Shown: positions 1-10,402, counted from the first letter of the stretch. The stretch: DNA of 64,000 bases from Spirochaetia bacterium (GCA_965203905.1 CBDBDQ010000005.1:1952001-2016000); one strand, 5' to 3'. The notes: a model not told the origin generated them from the letters alone. Translations and numbers: made by a program.

Positions 1-2
1 CC

Positions 3-377
3 CTAACAGGGCGCTACTACCTTGTGGTATCGTTTGGCCTGTTCCTCAGTTACGATCGCGCGCGCGTCGAAACTCGACCCGTCCGTGGGAGCGGCACCTT
101 TCCTTATACATCGTGATCGTGAATGCCTCGTGCGGCATCTCCTCGTAGTAGCCTGATCCGGCAGTAACTCTATCGACTCGATCACGAACTCATCGAAGTC
201 GCAGTGGATGGTCGTAGCGGCGGCGTGGTTGAAGCCGTGTTGCTGTAGGTCGGTGACGGAGCACATGCTGCACTCCACCAGCACGCGAGCCGTGTTCTCG
301 GTGAGCGGCATCACGCTCGTGCTGACGCAGCCCGACAAGACCAGAGTGGCAACCGCCGCGGCGAGCATTCGTCTCAT
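3..377 (-). CDS. Small predicted lipoprotein (possible compensating frameshifts)
   Basis: Signal peptide with lipobox LSGC and an AGGAG RBS. The Arg-rich middle reads more protein-like in another frame (VTAGSGYYEEMPHEAFTITMYK). Confidence 0.6.
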   Translation of the reverse strand: MRRMLAAAVATLVLSGCVSTSVMPLTENTARVLVECSMCSVTDLQQHGFNHAAATTIHCDFDEFVIESIELLPDQATTRRCRTRHSRSRCIRKGAAPTDGSSFDARAIVTEEQAKRYHKVVAPC

Positions 378-448
378 CTTGACTCCTATCCGCCTCCCAG
401 AGGACTATGCTCCAATGAATCCTGGACGCCCCGGGCTCCCATGGCCGT

Positions 449-748
449 CTACAAGTTCTCAAATATGTCATTTGCCTGATAAAAGGTTATGGCCATGCAC
501 TTATCGCACTTGGCAGACACGAGAGGTCCTGTGGGAGGGGGGAATGACTGATAAGATCCGCCTTTCTTCCACGGCACCCGAACGCCCATCATCGTAACCA
601 GGACCGGCAGTATCCCACGGTCAAACGATTGGCAGGTGGGGCACGGATAGTTGCCATCCTGCTCTATCCATCTCTGAATCTCTTCAACCCCTGCCGGGGT
701 AAGCACACCCTTGGTGTAGTCGTATGTACGTTTATCCAGGACAGCCAC
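449..748 (-). CDS. Small zinc-ribbon-like protein
   Basis: CPTC...CDKC Cys pairs; GGAGG RBS upstream of GTG; non-repetitive composition. Confidence 0.6.
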   Translation of the reverse strand: MAVLDKRTYDYTKGVLTPAGVEEIQRWIEQDGNYPCPTCQSFDRGILPVLVTMMGVRVPWKKGGSYQSFPPPTGPLVSAKCDKCMAITFYQANDIFENL

Positions 749-810
749 TGGCTTCCTCCATCAGTAGCCCTCGGGGCAGTCGAACACGAACAGGTGTCAT
801 CAATTACCGC

Positions 811-1563
811 TCACTGCAGGTCGATGGTCCTGAGCCGGTCGCCTTCCGACACCAGCAGCTTCGTCCCTGCCGCGTCCCCGTCCAGATCCGTGATGTAGCG
901 AGTCGTAGCCTGCTCCAGCGCCCGCAGCCTGCTGTGTGGCTTGGCCTTAGTGAATGCGTAGATCGTCGCTTGATTCGCGCAGTGCACGAAGATGGTCGAG
1001 TCGTTCGCGTGCAACGCCTCGGGATCCGTGCACCCAGCCGACCGCAGCGTGCTCTTGGTCACATCCCTGGAGCTGACCCGGCTTCCGTTGGACCGCCGAA
1101 AGGCGAACAGCTGCTCGGGGCCGTCGTTGTCTCCGCTGTTCGAGATCCAGATGGTGTTGGCGTCACCTGAGATCCCGCCGGGAATGGTGAAGTCCTCGTC
1201 GCTGAAGTCGAACGAGTCGAGCTGTTTCCCGTCGGAGATCCGAAATCGGAGGATGTCGTCGTTCCCGCTGTCCAGCACGTAGAGGGTGTCGCCGTAGCCC
1301 CAGATGCCCTCCATGCGGCCCACGGCGGAGATGTCGAACTGGCGGCCGCCGTCGAGCTTGCTGCCCGTCGCGTCCGCCTGGAACGCGGTGTACTGCGTCG
1401 CGGCCCACAGGGTGCCGTCCGCGGCCATCCAGATCCCGCGCGGGTGGGAGGTGTCCACTCGTGTGGAGGATCCTCCTGGCTGGTCGCATCCGCCAACCAA
1501 AACTAGAACCACGACGAGCCCCAGCATTAGGGCCGTCCCTTTGCACCACTGGTGATCGCGCAT
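811..1563 (-). CDS. Secreted lipoprotein with beta-propeller-like repeats
   Basis: AGGAGG RBS before ATG 1563; hydrophobic stretch + GGC lipobox; repeated GIW/GIS..D.TLW/TLY/TIW blades. Confidence 0.7.
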   Translation of the reverse strand: MRDHQWCKGTALMLGLVVVLVLVGGCDQPGGSSTRVDTSHPRGIWMAADGTLWAATQYTAFQADATGSKLDGGRQFDISAVGRMEGIWGYGDTLYVLDSGNDDILRFRISDGKQLDSFDFSDEDFTIPGGISGDANTIWISNSGDNDGPEQLFAFRRSNGSRVSSRDVTKSTLRSAGCTDPEALHANDSTIFVHCANQATIYAFTKAKPHSRLRALEQATTRYITDLDGDAAGTKLLVSEGDRLRTIDLQ

Positions 1564-2455
1564 CAGTAGTCCTCCTGTGTCGCCCGCACCCACAGGCGCC
1601 GGGCCGAGTTGAACAGACACACCGATCTCGCGATTGGTTGGGTTCTGGCTATTCACTCCAAGGCCGGGTAGCTACTCCCTGCCTGCACGGAGCTGTTGTA
1701 TTGACCAGCGACCCGGCATGAGCGAGTCGATGCGTCTGTTCAGGGTGACATTGTGTCGATGCCGGAGGCGTTGTTCAAGCAGACCACACGAACGAACGGG
1801 TACGAACGGAAGTCTCGCTATCAGTCCAGGCGTCGGGTCAGTGGCCAGTTACACGAGGCAGCGCCCTTGATGCCGTCCTGCACGCTTTTGCCGATGATTA
1901 CACCGCCGGTTGATCGTCGAAGCGGTGATCATCGTGGTGCCTTGCGCTGGGCACCGGCATGCCCCACCTGGCCGCGCCGTGGCTGCCGCTCGGGGGTCTG
2001 GCCGTGTGGCTGACCTGCTTCCTGGCGATGCGCGTCTACGTGGTCGGCATCCGCCGCCTCGGCGCTGCCGAGTGGGCCACTGCCGGCGCCGGCGCCGCGC
2101 TGGCGGCCGGGGCGCTCCTGATCGGGACCCGTGCGGACGCTGGCGTTGTTCATCCTCTCTCGAACGCTGCTCCTCTCTCTTGCGGCCCTCGGGTCGCTGC
2201 TGAAGGAACTGCACCTGCGCCGCGGCACCCGGCGCGCACCCGTAACTTTTACGAAACCGCGACGGAGACGTTTCTCCGAGGTGCGGCGGGATTGACGGTC
2301 GAGCATCCAGCATGCCGTCAATACGATCCAGCCTCGTCGTCCATTCCGAGACGGTCGCTATCGCAGGACGGCTTGATTCCCTCACCACCCGGCGCTTCCT
2401 TGTCGGCCCCGACCGATTCGCCTCTCGTGCCCGTCTCTACCAAGGGCGCAGCACG

Positions 2456-3037
2456 CTAAAAGGCAATCCCGAGGTCTACTCCCAAGCCGATCGATGGGCC
2501 GCCCACGCTGAATTTGCCCTTGATGTCAGCAGTATCCGCGAACACATGGTGATAGCCCGCCTGCAGCCGCGGAGTGATCGCCACTGGCCCCCACAAGACT
2601 CGGTACCCGAAGTGGGCGCGGGCGCCGATCTGCACCGCGTCCACCACGCTGCTTTGGTACCGCGCGTGGAGGTAACCGGACTCCAGCGAGACGCCCGCAA
2701 ACAGGCCGAGCGGGGCGCGCTCGGTCAGAAAGTAGTGGGCGCCGACGGCGCCGCCCAGGCTCCACAGCTCATAGTCGTCGGCATCCACCCCCACCACTTC
2801 GATCAGAGCGCCGGTCAGGCTACCCTTCGCGTTGAAGTAGGTCGCCACCACGACGATGCTCCAGTGCTGATCCAGCGCCAGCTCCAGTGATCCGCTGTAG
2901 ACCCCGAACAACGGGCCCATCAAGTTGACCCCCGCGATGCCGCTTACCGGCTGCTCCTGGGCGAATCCCGGGATAGCCGCGGCCATGCTGCCGGCTGCCA
3001 CCAGCACGGCAATGACTCTGAAGCGGTTGCACCTCAT
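2456..3037 (-). CDS. Outer-membrane beta-barrel-like protein (DUF3575-like)
   Basis: Signal peptide ending GFA-QEQ; amphipathic beta strands; C-terminal LGIAF (terminal Phe). Confidence 0.65.
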   Translation of the reverse strand: MRCNRFRVIAVLVAAGSMAAAIPGFAQEQPVSGIAGVNLMGPLFGVYSGSLELALDQHWSIVVVATYFNAKGSLTGALIEVVGVDADDYELWSLGGAVGAHYFLTERAPLGLFAGVSLESGYLHARYQSSVVDAVQIGARAHFGYRVLWGPVAITPRLQAGYHHVFADTADIKGKFSVGGPSIGLGVDLGIAF

Positions 3038-3149
3038 GTGATACCTACTTGGCCGGCGAGGGACAGGAACAGTTCGGCACGGGGCTGGTTTCTCCTTTGG
3101 CTTGCGATCAGGCCATGTTGCCATGTTGGCACCGACAGATATCCAGATC

Positions 3150-4230
3150 GCCTGACCCGGTGCCCATTCCTCGAGCTCCTGGTCCATCGCGGCGACGGCA
3201 AGGGGAATCTGGGACTGGAAGAACCTGCGCGAGTAGCCATTCTTCAGCGCCCGCCGAAGCTGGAAGTGGTCCGCGCCGTCCAGCCCGGTGACCACGCGGG
3301 CGTACCCACCTCGTGGGCGAATCCGGACCACTGCTCCCAGGAGCGCAGGTGCGTCTTGCCCTCCCGTACCATGAACACGTTGGCTTCCCGACCCGCCAGA
3401 ACAAGCAGCCTACGGCCCGGCGCCTGGACCTCGAAGATCGGCCCGTGGCGCCGGTACTGCTCGGTCAGGTAAGCACGCAGGTTCCCCATGAGCTGCAGCG
3501 CATGGCCCAGCACGGGCAGCCGGCCTGAGGCCACCGGCCAGCCGCCACCGGCGCGCCGGATCCGCTGGCGCAGCTCCTCCCGGTAGGCGACGCTTACCTT
3601 GCGAACCGCGCCGGTCACCGACTGCCCAATCAGGTCCAGCCGCGCCACCAACGTGATTCGCTCCTGCAACTCTGCATACTCGGAGGGGGTGAGAATCCGC
3701 TCGAAGGCGCCGCAGGCGTGGGCGAGGCTGACGATGCACACTTCCTCCGGCGTCGGAACATCCTCAGTGAACAGGACGCCCATGATCCGGTCGCGGATCT
3801 CTCGCTCCTGTTCCTCATCGACAACGGGATAGCGCCGGGTGCGCGACACTCGGGGTGTCAGAGAGAAGATGCCACCGCCATCGTCGGTGTCCAGGATCCC
3901 GCGCTGCACCAGCCGGGCCAGCGCTCTGGTTTGCAGTTGGTCGGCGTTCCCGGCAACCCGGCGCACCCAGAAGTCGGCGGGCAGGTTCGGGTGCGCCGCC
4001 ACGACGGCATCGATGTCGGCCAGAATCGGATCCAGCAGGTCATCGCCGGTAGCGGTGGAATCCAGCAGGATGAGGGCGCTCGGGTCGGTGTCGATCCTGC
4101 CTTCAAGGGACAGATCCATCAGCGCCGCCCCGGCCAGGGCGTATCCAAGGATGCGGTCCGGGACATCGGAGAAGTCGCCGGTCTTCTCGTCCAACAGCAA
4201 GAGCAACAGCTCTTCAGCTAATCGCAGCAT
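3150..4230 (-). pseudogene. GPP34 (GOLPH3/Vps74) domain fused to a frameshifted, truncated cytochrome P450
   Basis: N-term LAEELLLLLLD...ALAGAALMDLSLEGRI (GPP34), then LPVLGHAL...YRRHGPIF (P450 N-term). Continues in another frame near 3300 as GLDGADHFQLRRAL. No heme-Cys motif. Confidence 0.7.
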
Positions 4231-4593
4231 GTGTTACCGGCCTTCACGGTCAGCCGCGGGTCGGTAGCCGGCGTAGCGGCCGTAACCGGTTTCGTCTCCC
4301 GGTCCAACTCCGCGCGACTGCTGGCATCAGTTGTCCAGTCTCTCCTCGATGCGCTGAAGCGTGGTCGTCCACAAGGGTCGATTAGGCGGACCCCGAATCG
4401 CCTTTGTGAAACGGTTGCACCATCCCCCGTGAGATCCCCTTTGACCTGGGGGGCCTCTTGACGGCAGTTCGCCGAGCGCATTATAGATGGGCTATTGTGA
4501 GATCAGCATGATGAAGCAGGCTATAGTTCGTGATTTTCCGTGATATGTTCAGTAAACTGCCGCTTCGAAGGCCTGTCCGGAGGATGACCAGCG

Positions 4594-6948
4594 ATGCAGA
4601 GCCCTGACGACTGTGAGCAAGGCAACAACGCGCTGCACGAGCGCATCTCCGCCCTGAGCGCGGCAATTCTGCGCATCAGCGACAGCCTCGACCTCGACAC
4701 CGTGCTGCGCGAGGTGGTAGCCGGAGCCCGCGCGCTCACCCGCGCCCGCATCGGCGTCATCGCGACAATCGACGACGCCGGACAGCCCCTGGACTTCGTC
4801 AGCTCGGGCATCTCCGCCGACGACCACCGGCAGCTCGAGGCCTGGCCTGACGGGCCACGCCTGTTCGAGCATATCCGTGACCTTCCCTCACCCTTCCAAC
4901 TCAGCGACCTGTCCGCTTTCGTGCGCGGGCTTGGTTTCTCCGCAGATCTGGTGCCCTGGAAGAGCATTGTGGGTACCGCGATGCGCCATCGGGGTGTGCA
5001 TGTCGGCAGCTTCTACCTCACCGACAAGGAAGGCGGGCGCAAGTTCACCAACGAGGACGTGGAAGTCCTCGTCCTGTTCGCTTCGCAGGCAGCCGCCGCA
5101 GTCGCCAACGCTCGCACCTACCGCAACGAGCTGCGCGCGCGGACCAAGCTCGAGGCACTGATCGACACCTCCCCAGTCGGCGTCGCGGTCTTCGATGCCA
5201 AGACGGGAACCTTGACCTCCATCAATCGCGAGGCGCAGCGGATTGTCAAAGTCCTGTGCGGCCCGGGCCAGTCTCCGGCAGAGCTGTTGCACGTGATCAC
5301 CTGGCGCCGCGCCGATGGCAGCGAGATTACGCTGGACCGACTCCTGACCTCGGAGCTGAATACCGCCGCCAAGGTACGCGCAGAGGAATTCGTGCTCTCG
5401 GTCCCCGACGGCCGCAGCGTTACCACGCTGGTCAACGCGACGCCGATCCACTCCGCCGATGGCGCTGTCGAGTCGTTGGTCGTCACTGTGCAGGATCTGG
5501 CACCGCTCGAAGAGCTGGAGCGCTCGCGTGCCCAATTCCTGAGTATGGTGAGCCATGAACTGCGCGCGCCGCTGACCTCCATCAAGGGATCAGCCGCCAC
5601 CGTCCTGGGCGCCACTCAGCCCCTGGAATGGGCCGAAGTCCTGCAGTTCTTCCGCATTATCGACGACCAGGCCGATCACATGCGCGGCTTGACTGCCGAC
5701 CTGCTCGATGTGGGTCGCATCGACACCGGCACCATCACAATCGTCCCCGAGCCGTCGGAGGTGACCGCCTTGGTGGAGCAGGCGAGGAACACGTTCCTCA
5801 GCGGCGGCGGCCGGCACGCCGTCTCCATTGACCTGCCGCCGGACCTGCCTCAGGTGAAGGCTGACCGGCGCCGCATCGTCCAGGTCCTGAATAACCTCTT
5901 TTCCAATGCCTCCCAGCATTCCCCGACCTCATCCCCGATCCGGGTCGCCGCGGTGCAAGAGGCGGTGCACGTGGCGATTTCGGTCTCCGACCAAGGCAGG
6001 GGCATGCCGCAGGAGCGGCTTTCGCAGCTGTTTCGGAAACACATCGGTGTCGGGGACGCGGAGCGCGGACTCGGCAGCTCCGGCTTGGGACTCGCCATCT
6101 GCAAGGGGTTGGTGGAAGCCCACGGTGGCCGCATCTGGGCCGAGAGCGCCGGTGAGGGCCAGGGCATGCGGGTCACCTTCACGATTCCTGTAGCGGACAC
6201 CGCCGCCGGCTCGGCGCGCGAACTCGCCCCAAGCAGGTCGCGCGCGTGGGAAGGACCCGAGGCGACACGCATCCTCGTGGTAGACGACGATCCGCTGATG
6301 CTGCGCTACGTGCGCGACGCACTCGCCGCCGCGGGCTACGACCCGATCGTCACCGGTGACCATCAGGAGTTGGCCCACATCATCCGCCTCGAGAGGCCCC
6401 AGTTGATCGTACTGGACCTGGTGCTGCCGGGGACCGATGGGATCAAGCTGATGGAGCAGCTCCCCGAACTGGCCGATCTACCGGTCATCTTCATCTCCGG
6501 CTACGAAGGCGGCGAGACTATCGCCAAGGCTCTGGAGACCGGCGCCGCCGACTATATCGTCAAGCCGTTCTCGGCGACCGAGCTCACGGCGCGCATCAAC
6601 GCGGCGCTACGCCGGCGCACCGAACCCGAACCGGGCGAACCGTTCGTCTTGGAGGGGCTCTCCATCCACTACCTGGAACGCCGCGTGACCGTGGCGAATC
6701 GCGAGGTAAAGCTGACGGCGACCGAATACGAATTGCTGCGCGTACTCTCGGTCAACGCGGGGCGCCTGATGACCTACGACGACCTGCTGCGCCATGTGTG
6801 GCGCCTGCCCCACTCAGGCAGCTCGGAGCGGGTTCGCACTCTCGTGAAGACTCTGCGCCGCAAGCTCGGTGATGTCCCCACCAAGCCCACCTATATCTTG
6901 ACCGAGCGCGGGGTCGGCTACCGCATGCCCCGACCGAGCGAGCCGTGA
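4594..6948 (+). CDS. Hybrid sensor: GAF-PAS-HisKA-HATPase-REC-OmpR-type winged helix
   Basis: H-box SHELRAPLTSI; N-box NNLFSNA; G-boxes DQGRG and GLGLAI; REC ILVVDDD...LDL...KPF; C-term LTATEYELL...TLRRKLG...ERGVGY. Confidence 0.9.
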   Translation: MQSPDDCEQGNNALHERISALSAAILRISDSLDLDTVLREVVAGARALTRARIGVIATIDDAGQPLDFVSSGISADDHRQLEAWPDGPRLFEHIRDLPSPFQLSDLSAFVRGLGFSADLVPWKSIVGTAMRHRGVHVGSFYLTDKEGGRKFTNEDVEVLVLFASQAAAAVANARTYRNELRARTKLEALIDTSPVGVAVFDAKTGTLTSINREAQRIVKVLCGPGQSPAELLHVITWRRADGSEITLDRLLTSELNTAAKVRAEEFVLSVPDGRSVTTLVNATPIHSADGAVESLVVTVQDLAPLEELERSRAQFLSMVSHELRAPLTSIKGSAATVLGATQPLEWAEVLQFFRIIDDQADHMRGLTADLLDVGRIDTGTITIVPEPSEVTALVEQARNTFLSGGGRHAVSIDLPPDLPQVKADRRRIVQVLNNLFSNASQHSPTSSPIRVAAVQEAVHVAISVSDQGRGMPQERLSQLFRKHIGVGDAERGLGSSGLGLAICKGLVEAHGGRIWAESAGEGQGMRVTFTIPVADTAAGSARELAPSRSRAWEGPEATRILVVDDDPLMLRYVRDALAAAGYDPIVTGDHQELAHIIRLERPQLIVLDLVLPGTDGIKLMEQLPELADLPVIFISGYEGGETIAKALETGAADYIVKPFSATELTARINAALRRRTEPEPGEPFVLEGLSIHYLERRVTVANREVKLTATEYELLRVLSVNAGRLMTYDDLLRHVWRLPHSGSSERVRTLVKTLRRKLGDVPTKPTYILTERGVGYRMPRPSEP

Positions 6949-7051
6949 CGGGAACCCTGGGCGGTCACGAGCGCTTGCTTGGTCTCGCTCGTGCGACCAG
7001 CTTACCAACCAGGGCCTGCGCCTTCCGTCTTGGTGCGCTCAGAGTGCCGGC

Positions 7052-7288
7052 TTACGCCTTCGGCAGCGCCTCCAACCATCGTTCGACATCCTCACGTCGC
7101 CAGCCGACGGCGCGTGACCCGTCGCCCCCGAGCCTGACTGGCGCAGGGAAGTCGCCAGCACGTACACGTCGCCATAGCGATGTGCGGGAAAGTCCTATCA
7201 AAGCCAGCACTGCTGGCGTTCGCAAGATTGCAGGAAGAGAATCACGGGCCGAAGCTGTCGGTCCGTTGGAGTAGGAGTGGTCGGGCAT
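7052..7288 (-). CDS. AlpA-family regulator / excisionase-like protein
   Basis: ILRTPAVLALIGLSRTSLWRRVRAGDFPAPVRLG..RAVGW signature; directly downstream of the integrase. Confidence 0.88.
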   Translation of the reverse strand: MPDHSYSNGPTASARDSLPAILRTPAVLALIGLSRTSLWRRVRAGDFPAPVRLGGDGSRAVGWRREDVERWLEALPKA

Positions 7289-7377
7289 CGGAAACCCCTA
7301 TAGGCCCTAAGGTGGGCGGCATGCACAATTAGTCATGTAGGAGTCAGTCCAACTTTCGCGTTTCACGGCGTGGCTTG

Positions 7378-8586
7378 TCAACCCGTGTCAGTCCGTCCTG
7401 TCCGTCCTAAATCCCCATCAGCTGGCAAGAGGTAGTCGCTCCACGCGTCCATGAGCTGCCGTCGCCGCTCGAACAGGTCGGAGCGCATATAAGCGCCTTC
7501 GACTCCGCCCACAACATGCGCAAGCGCCGCCTCGGCCAATTCCCTCGATTCGTCGTTCTCCGCGCACCAGGAACGGAACGACGTACGGAACCCGTGCATC
7601 GTGGCGTTGATGCCCAACCCGTTGAACAGCTTGCTCGTCGTCCTGTTCGCCATCGCCTTGCCGGTCGGTGACGGAAACAGCAGGCCCGAGCCATCGTCCA
7701 GCTTCTGCGCTTCGGCCAGCACTTCCAGCGCTTGCGTCGACAACGGTACCCGATGCTCACGGCCGGACTTCATTCTCTCGGCAGTCAAGGTCCACACCCC
7801 GGCAGGTAGATCGACCTCGCTCCAGGTGGCAAGCCGAGCCTCTCCCAATCGAGCCGCCGTCAAGATCGCGTACTCTATCAGCAGCTTGGTTCCTTGCCAC
7901 GCGGCGGACGCCCGGATCTTCGCAAGCGCCCCCGCCACCTCTCGATGATGAAGCGCCCGCCGGTGCCTCCTCGGGGCAGTCCCGTTCTTGGGCAGCACCT
8001 GCGAAATGGCGTCGCCGGCCGGATTGTCACTCCGATGCCCGGCGCCAATCGACCACCGCATCACCGCGCCTATCCGATGCCGCAGTCGCCTAGCGGTCTC
8101 GTGCTTCCCACCGTTCCAGATCGGCGTCAGCACGGACAGAATGTCAGCGCTGGTGATGGCGCCGATCGGCTTGCTCCCGATCAGCGGAGAGACGAACCGC
8201 CTGAACGATGAACGCCAGATGTCGGCGGTACGCGGATTACGCCAGGTGCTGGCGTGTATCTCGATGACAATCTCTGCCGCCTTGTCGAAGCTCGGTGTGG
8301 CTGATCCCTGCCTCGGGTCGTGCCCCTGGTAAACGGCCCGTGCGTTCTCCAGCGCCGCCTCCCGGGCTTCGGCCAGGTTGACGATAGGGAACGGGCCAAG
8401 CCCGACGTTGCATGGCTTGCCGTTGATCCGCAGCCGCTGGCTCCATGACTTGGCCACGCCGCCGTGTGCCCGCGGCTTCACCAGGAGGCTCAAGCCGTGC
8501 CCGCCGTGGCCGTCGCCGTAGCGGCCGGGTCGCTTGACGGTGCGGACGAAGGAAGCGCTCAGTCTCTTGGGACGTATCTGAGGCAT
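7378..8586 (-). CDS. P4-like tyrosine integrase with N-terminal arm-binding domain
   Basis: GLSLLVKP...GLGPFPIVNLAEARE arm domain; catalytic residues R (AARLGE), K (MKSG), HGFR, LAH, AY all intact. Confidence 0.93.
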   Translation of the reverse strand: MPQIRPKRLSASFVRTVKRPGRYGDGHGGHGLSLLVKPRAHGGVAKSWSQRLRINGKPCNVGLGPFPIVNLAEAREAALENARAVYQGHDPRQGSATPSFDKAAEIVIEIHASTWRNPRTADIWRSSFRRFVSPLIGSKPIGAITSADILSVLTPIWNGGKHETARRLRHRIGAVMRWSIGAGHRSDNPAGDAISQVLPKNGTAPRRHRRALHHREVAGALAKIRASAAWQGTKLLIEYAILTAARLGEARLATWSEVDLPAGVWTLTAERMKSGREHRVPLSTQALEVLAEAQKLDDGSGLLFPSPTGKAMANRTTSKLFNGLGINATMHGFRTSFRSWCAENDESRELAEAALAHVVGGVEGAYMRSDLFERRRQLMDAWSDYLLPADGDLGRTGRTDTG

Positions 8587-8605
8587 GGTCGCGGCCTTGA
8601 GTTGA

Positions 8606-8771
8606 TGCGGTGTACGGTTATCACTTACGGTAGCACCATATGCGTGAAAATATGCGGTATACGACGAAACGTCAAGCGACAGGCGATTGGCGTTAAATGA
8701 CGTGATATACGTTACTTAACAGAACAAAGTGGAACAACCGGAAACACCAATTCAGTAGCCTGTTCGACTAC
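8606..8771. promoter_or_regulatory. Putative attachment site (arm repeats + core)
   Basis: T(A/G)CGGT repeats at 8606, 8613, 8626 and 8653. Core GTAGC-CTGTTCG-ACTAC at 8755-8771 is an imperfect inverted repeat around a 7-bp spacer. Confidence 0.55.
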
Positions 8772-10178
8772 GCGGTGCGCGAGTTGGGCTACAGCGAGGG
8801 TGCCGCCTGGCGCCGCATAAAGGCTATGCGCCTGTGCTCCGATACCGACGGAACACGCGAGCGGCTGCAGGACGGCTCGCTCTCCCTGAGCGCGGCGGCG
8901 CAGTTGCAGAACACCTTCGATCTCCTGCAGCGCACGGCCACCGCCGCCGCGGACCCCGGCTCGGCACCCGCGGCACCGGAGCTGCTGCCGCTCGGCACGG
9001 GGCCGGCTCCGGAGGCGGGGGCTTCCGGGACCGGGGCAGCGGCGCCAGCGCGACCGGTGCCGGCGCTGAACGCGGCGCAGCGGCAGGAACTGGTGGCGCA
9101 GGCGAGCGGCAAGAGCACCCGCGAGGTGAAGCAGTTGTTGGCCGGGGTGGCTCCCGAGCTGGCGCGGCCGGCGGATCGCATGCGGGCGCTGGGCGAAGGC
9201 CGCTGGGAGCTGAAGGTGGCGATCGACTCCGCCTGTCAGTGCGGGATCGAGCAGCTACGGGCACTGCTGTCGCACGTGGACCCGCACCTGACGCTGGGGC
9301 AACTGGTGGAGCGGCTGGTGCAGGACGGGCTGCAGCGCTACGACCCGGGGCGACCGCCACGCGGGCGCAAGAGTGGGCGCGGGGAGGCGAGCGCGGGCCA
9401 GGCGCTGGAGCCGAAGACGCAGGAAGAGCCGGCGGGCGGGGCGACTTCGCCGGCGAAGCGGGGCGCGCAAGAGCAACCCGGAGTGCCGGCGCCGGAGGGC
9501 ACTATCACCGGTGGCAGCACCCCGGCGCCGGTAGCGCTGTCCGCAGAGGAACCCACGCGCGGGAATGGCGGCGCCGGCATCTCGGCGGTGGCAGCGCTGT
9601 CCGCGCCGCCGGCGGGGCGCGAGACTTGTGGCAGCACCCCGGTGAGTGCCAAGCCGGCGGTGGCGGCGCCCGGCACCACTCCTTCGGCGGCGAAGTTGGT
9701 GGCTGGTTGTGGGTCCCGCGTCTCCGTACCGACGCCACGGCCGACACCACCGGCAGTCCAGAGCATGCCAACCGCGCGGGCAGCGGCGGATCGCGGTCGC
9801 ATCGCTCCTTCGCCAGCGAAGCGGGCCGGGGCGGCGAAGCGGGCCGGAGCCGTGCAGGTCGATCGCCATTCGCGACCGCAGCCGGCGCCAGCCGGCCCGT
9901 CCGGAGGCAGCACGCAGCCGCCCCACCGGGCGCGTCGATCCCGGTATATTCCGGCACCAGTGCGGCGCGAGGTGTGGCGCCGCGACGGCGGCTGCTGCAG
10001 TTACGTCGATCGGCACAGCGGGCGGCGCTGCGGGTCCCGCTTCCTGCTGGAGCTCGACCACATCGTTCCCTTCGCGCTCGGCGGCAGCGCTGAGCCCGGG
10101 AACTTGCGCCTTCGCTGTCGAGCCCACCACCGCTTCCGGCATCGGGAGGACGCGCCGTCGCCAGACGGGGCCACGTGA
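8751..10178 (+). pseudogene. 5'-truncated HNH endonuclease, copy 1 (DUF222-like N-term, Pro/Ala linker, C-term HNH)
   Basis: Close paralog of 23397-25031 but begins at FSSLFDY and lacks the first 56 residues; in-frame stop upstream at 8703. HNH motif ELDHIVPFALGG...NLRLRCRAHH is intact. Confidence 0.8.
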
Positions 10179-10402
10179 TCGGCGCCCGGCGGGGTGCGAG
10201 GTGGGCGGTCGGGTGTCGGTCCGAGGGGATTTGCAGCCGGCTTGTCGCGCAGCGTGGGATAGTCCTGAAGGCTCACACAGGCGTCGTGTCCGCGTCCCAA
10301 TATCGTGATATGGTAATGTAGTGTACCCAGCGCCAATCTGGAAGCCGCCGCCCGCTACAAGGGCTGCGAATAGAGCCCGGTCGTTCGTAGTGAGACTGCA
10401 AT

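Larger units (their letters stand above)
1..8766. mobile_element. Integrative element / genomic island, right end (left end outside window)
   Basis: Tyrosine integrase + AlpA next to an AT-richer att-like region. The junction coincides with the point where identity to the intact HNH paralog begins (~8751-8771). The displaced 5' part of the HNH gene was not found in the window. Confidence 0.7.

Noticed and set aside
1910-2459. Small membrane protein on the + strand
   Set aside because: A hydrophobic stretch is present but split across frames with no recognisable family; too weak to call.
2456-3331. 291-aa ORF as a P450 / beta-barrel fusion
   Set aside because: The N-terminal part is the frameshifted P450 tail; the barrel has its own signal peptide from ATG 3037.
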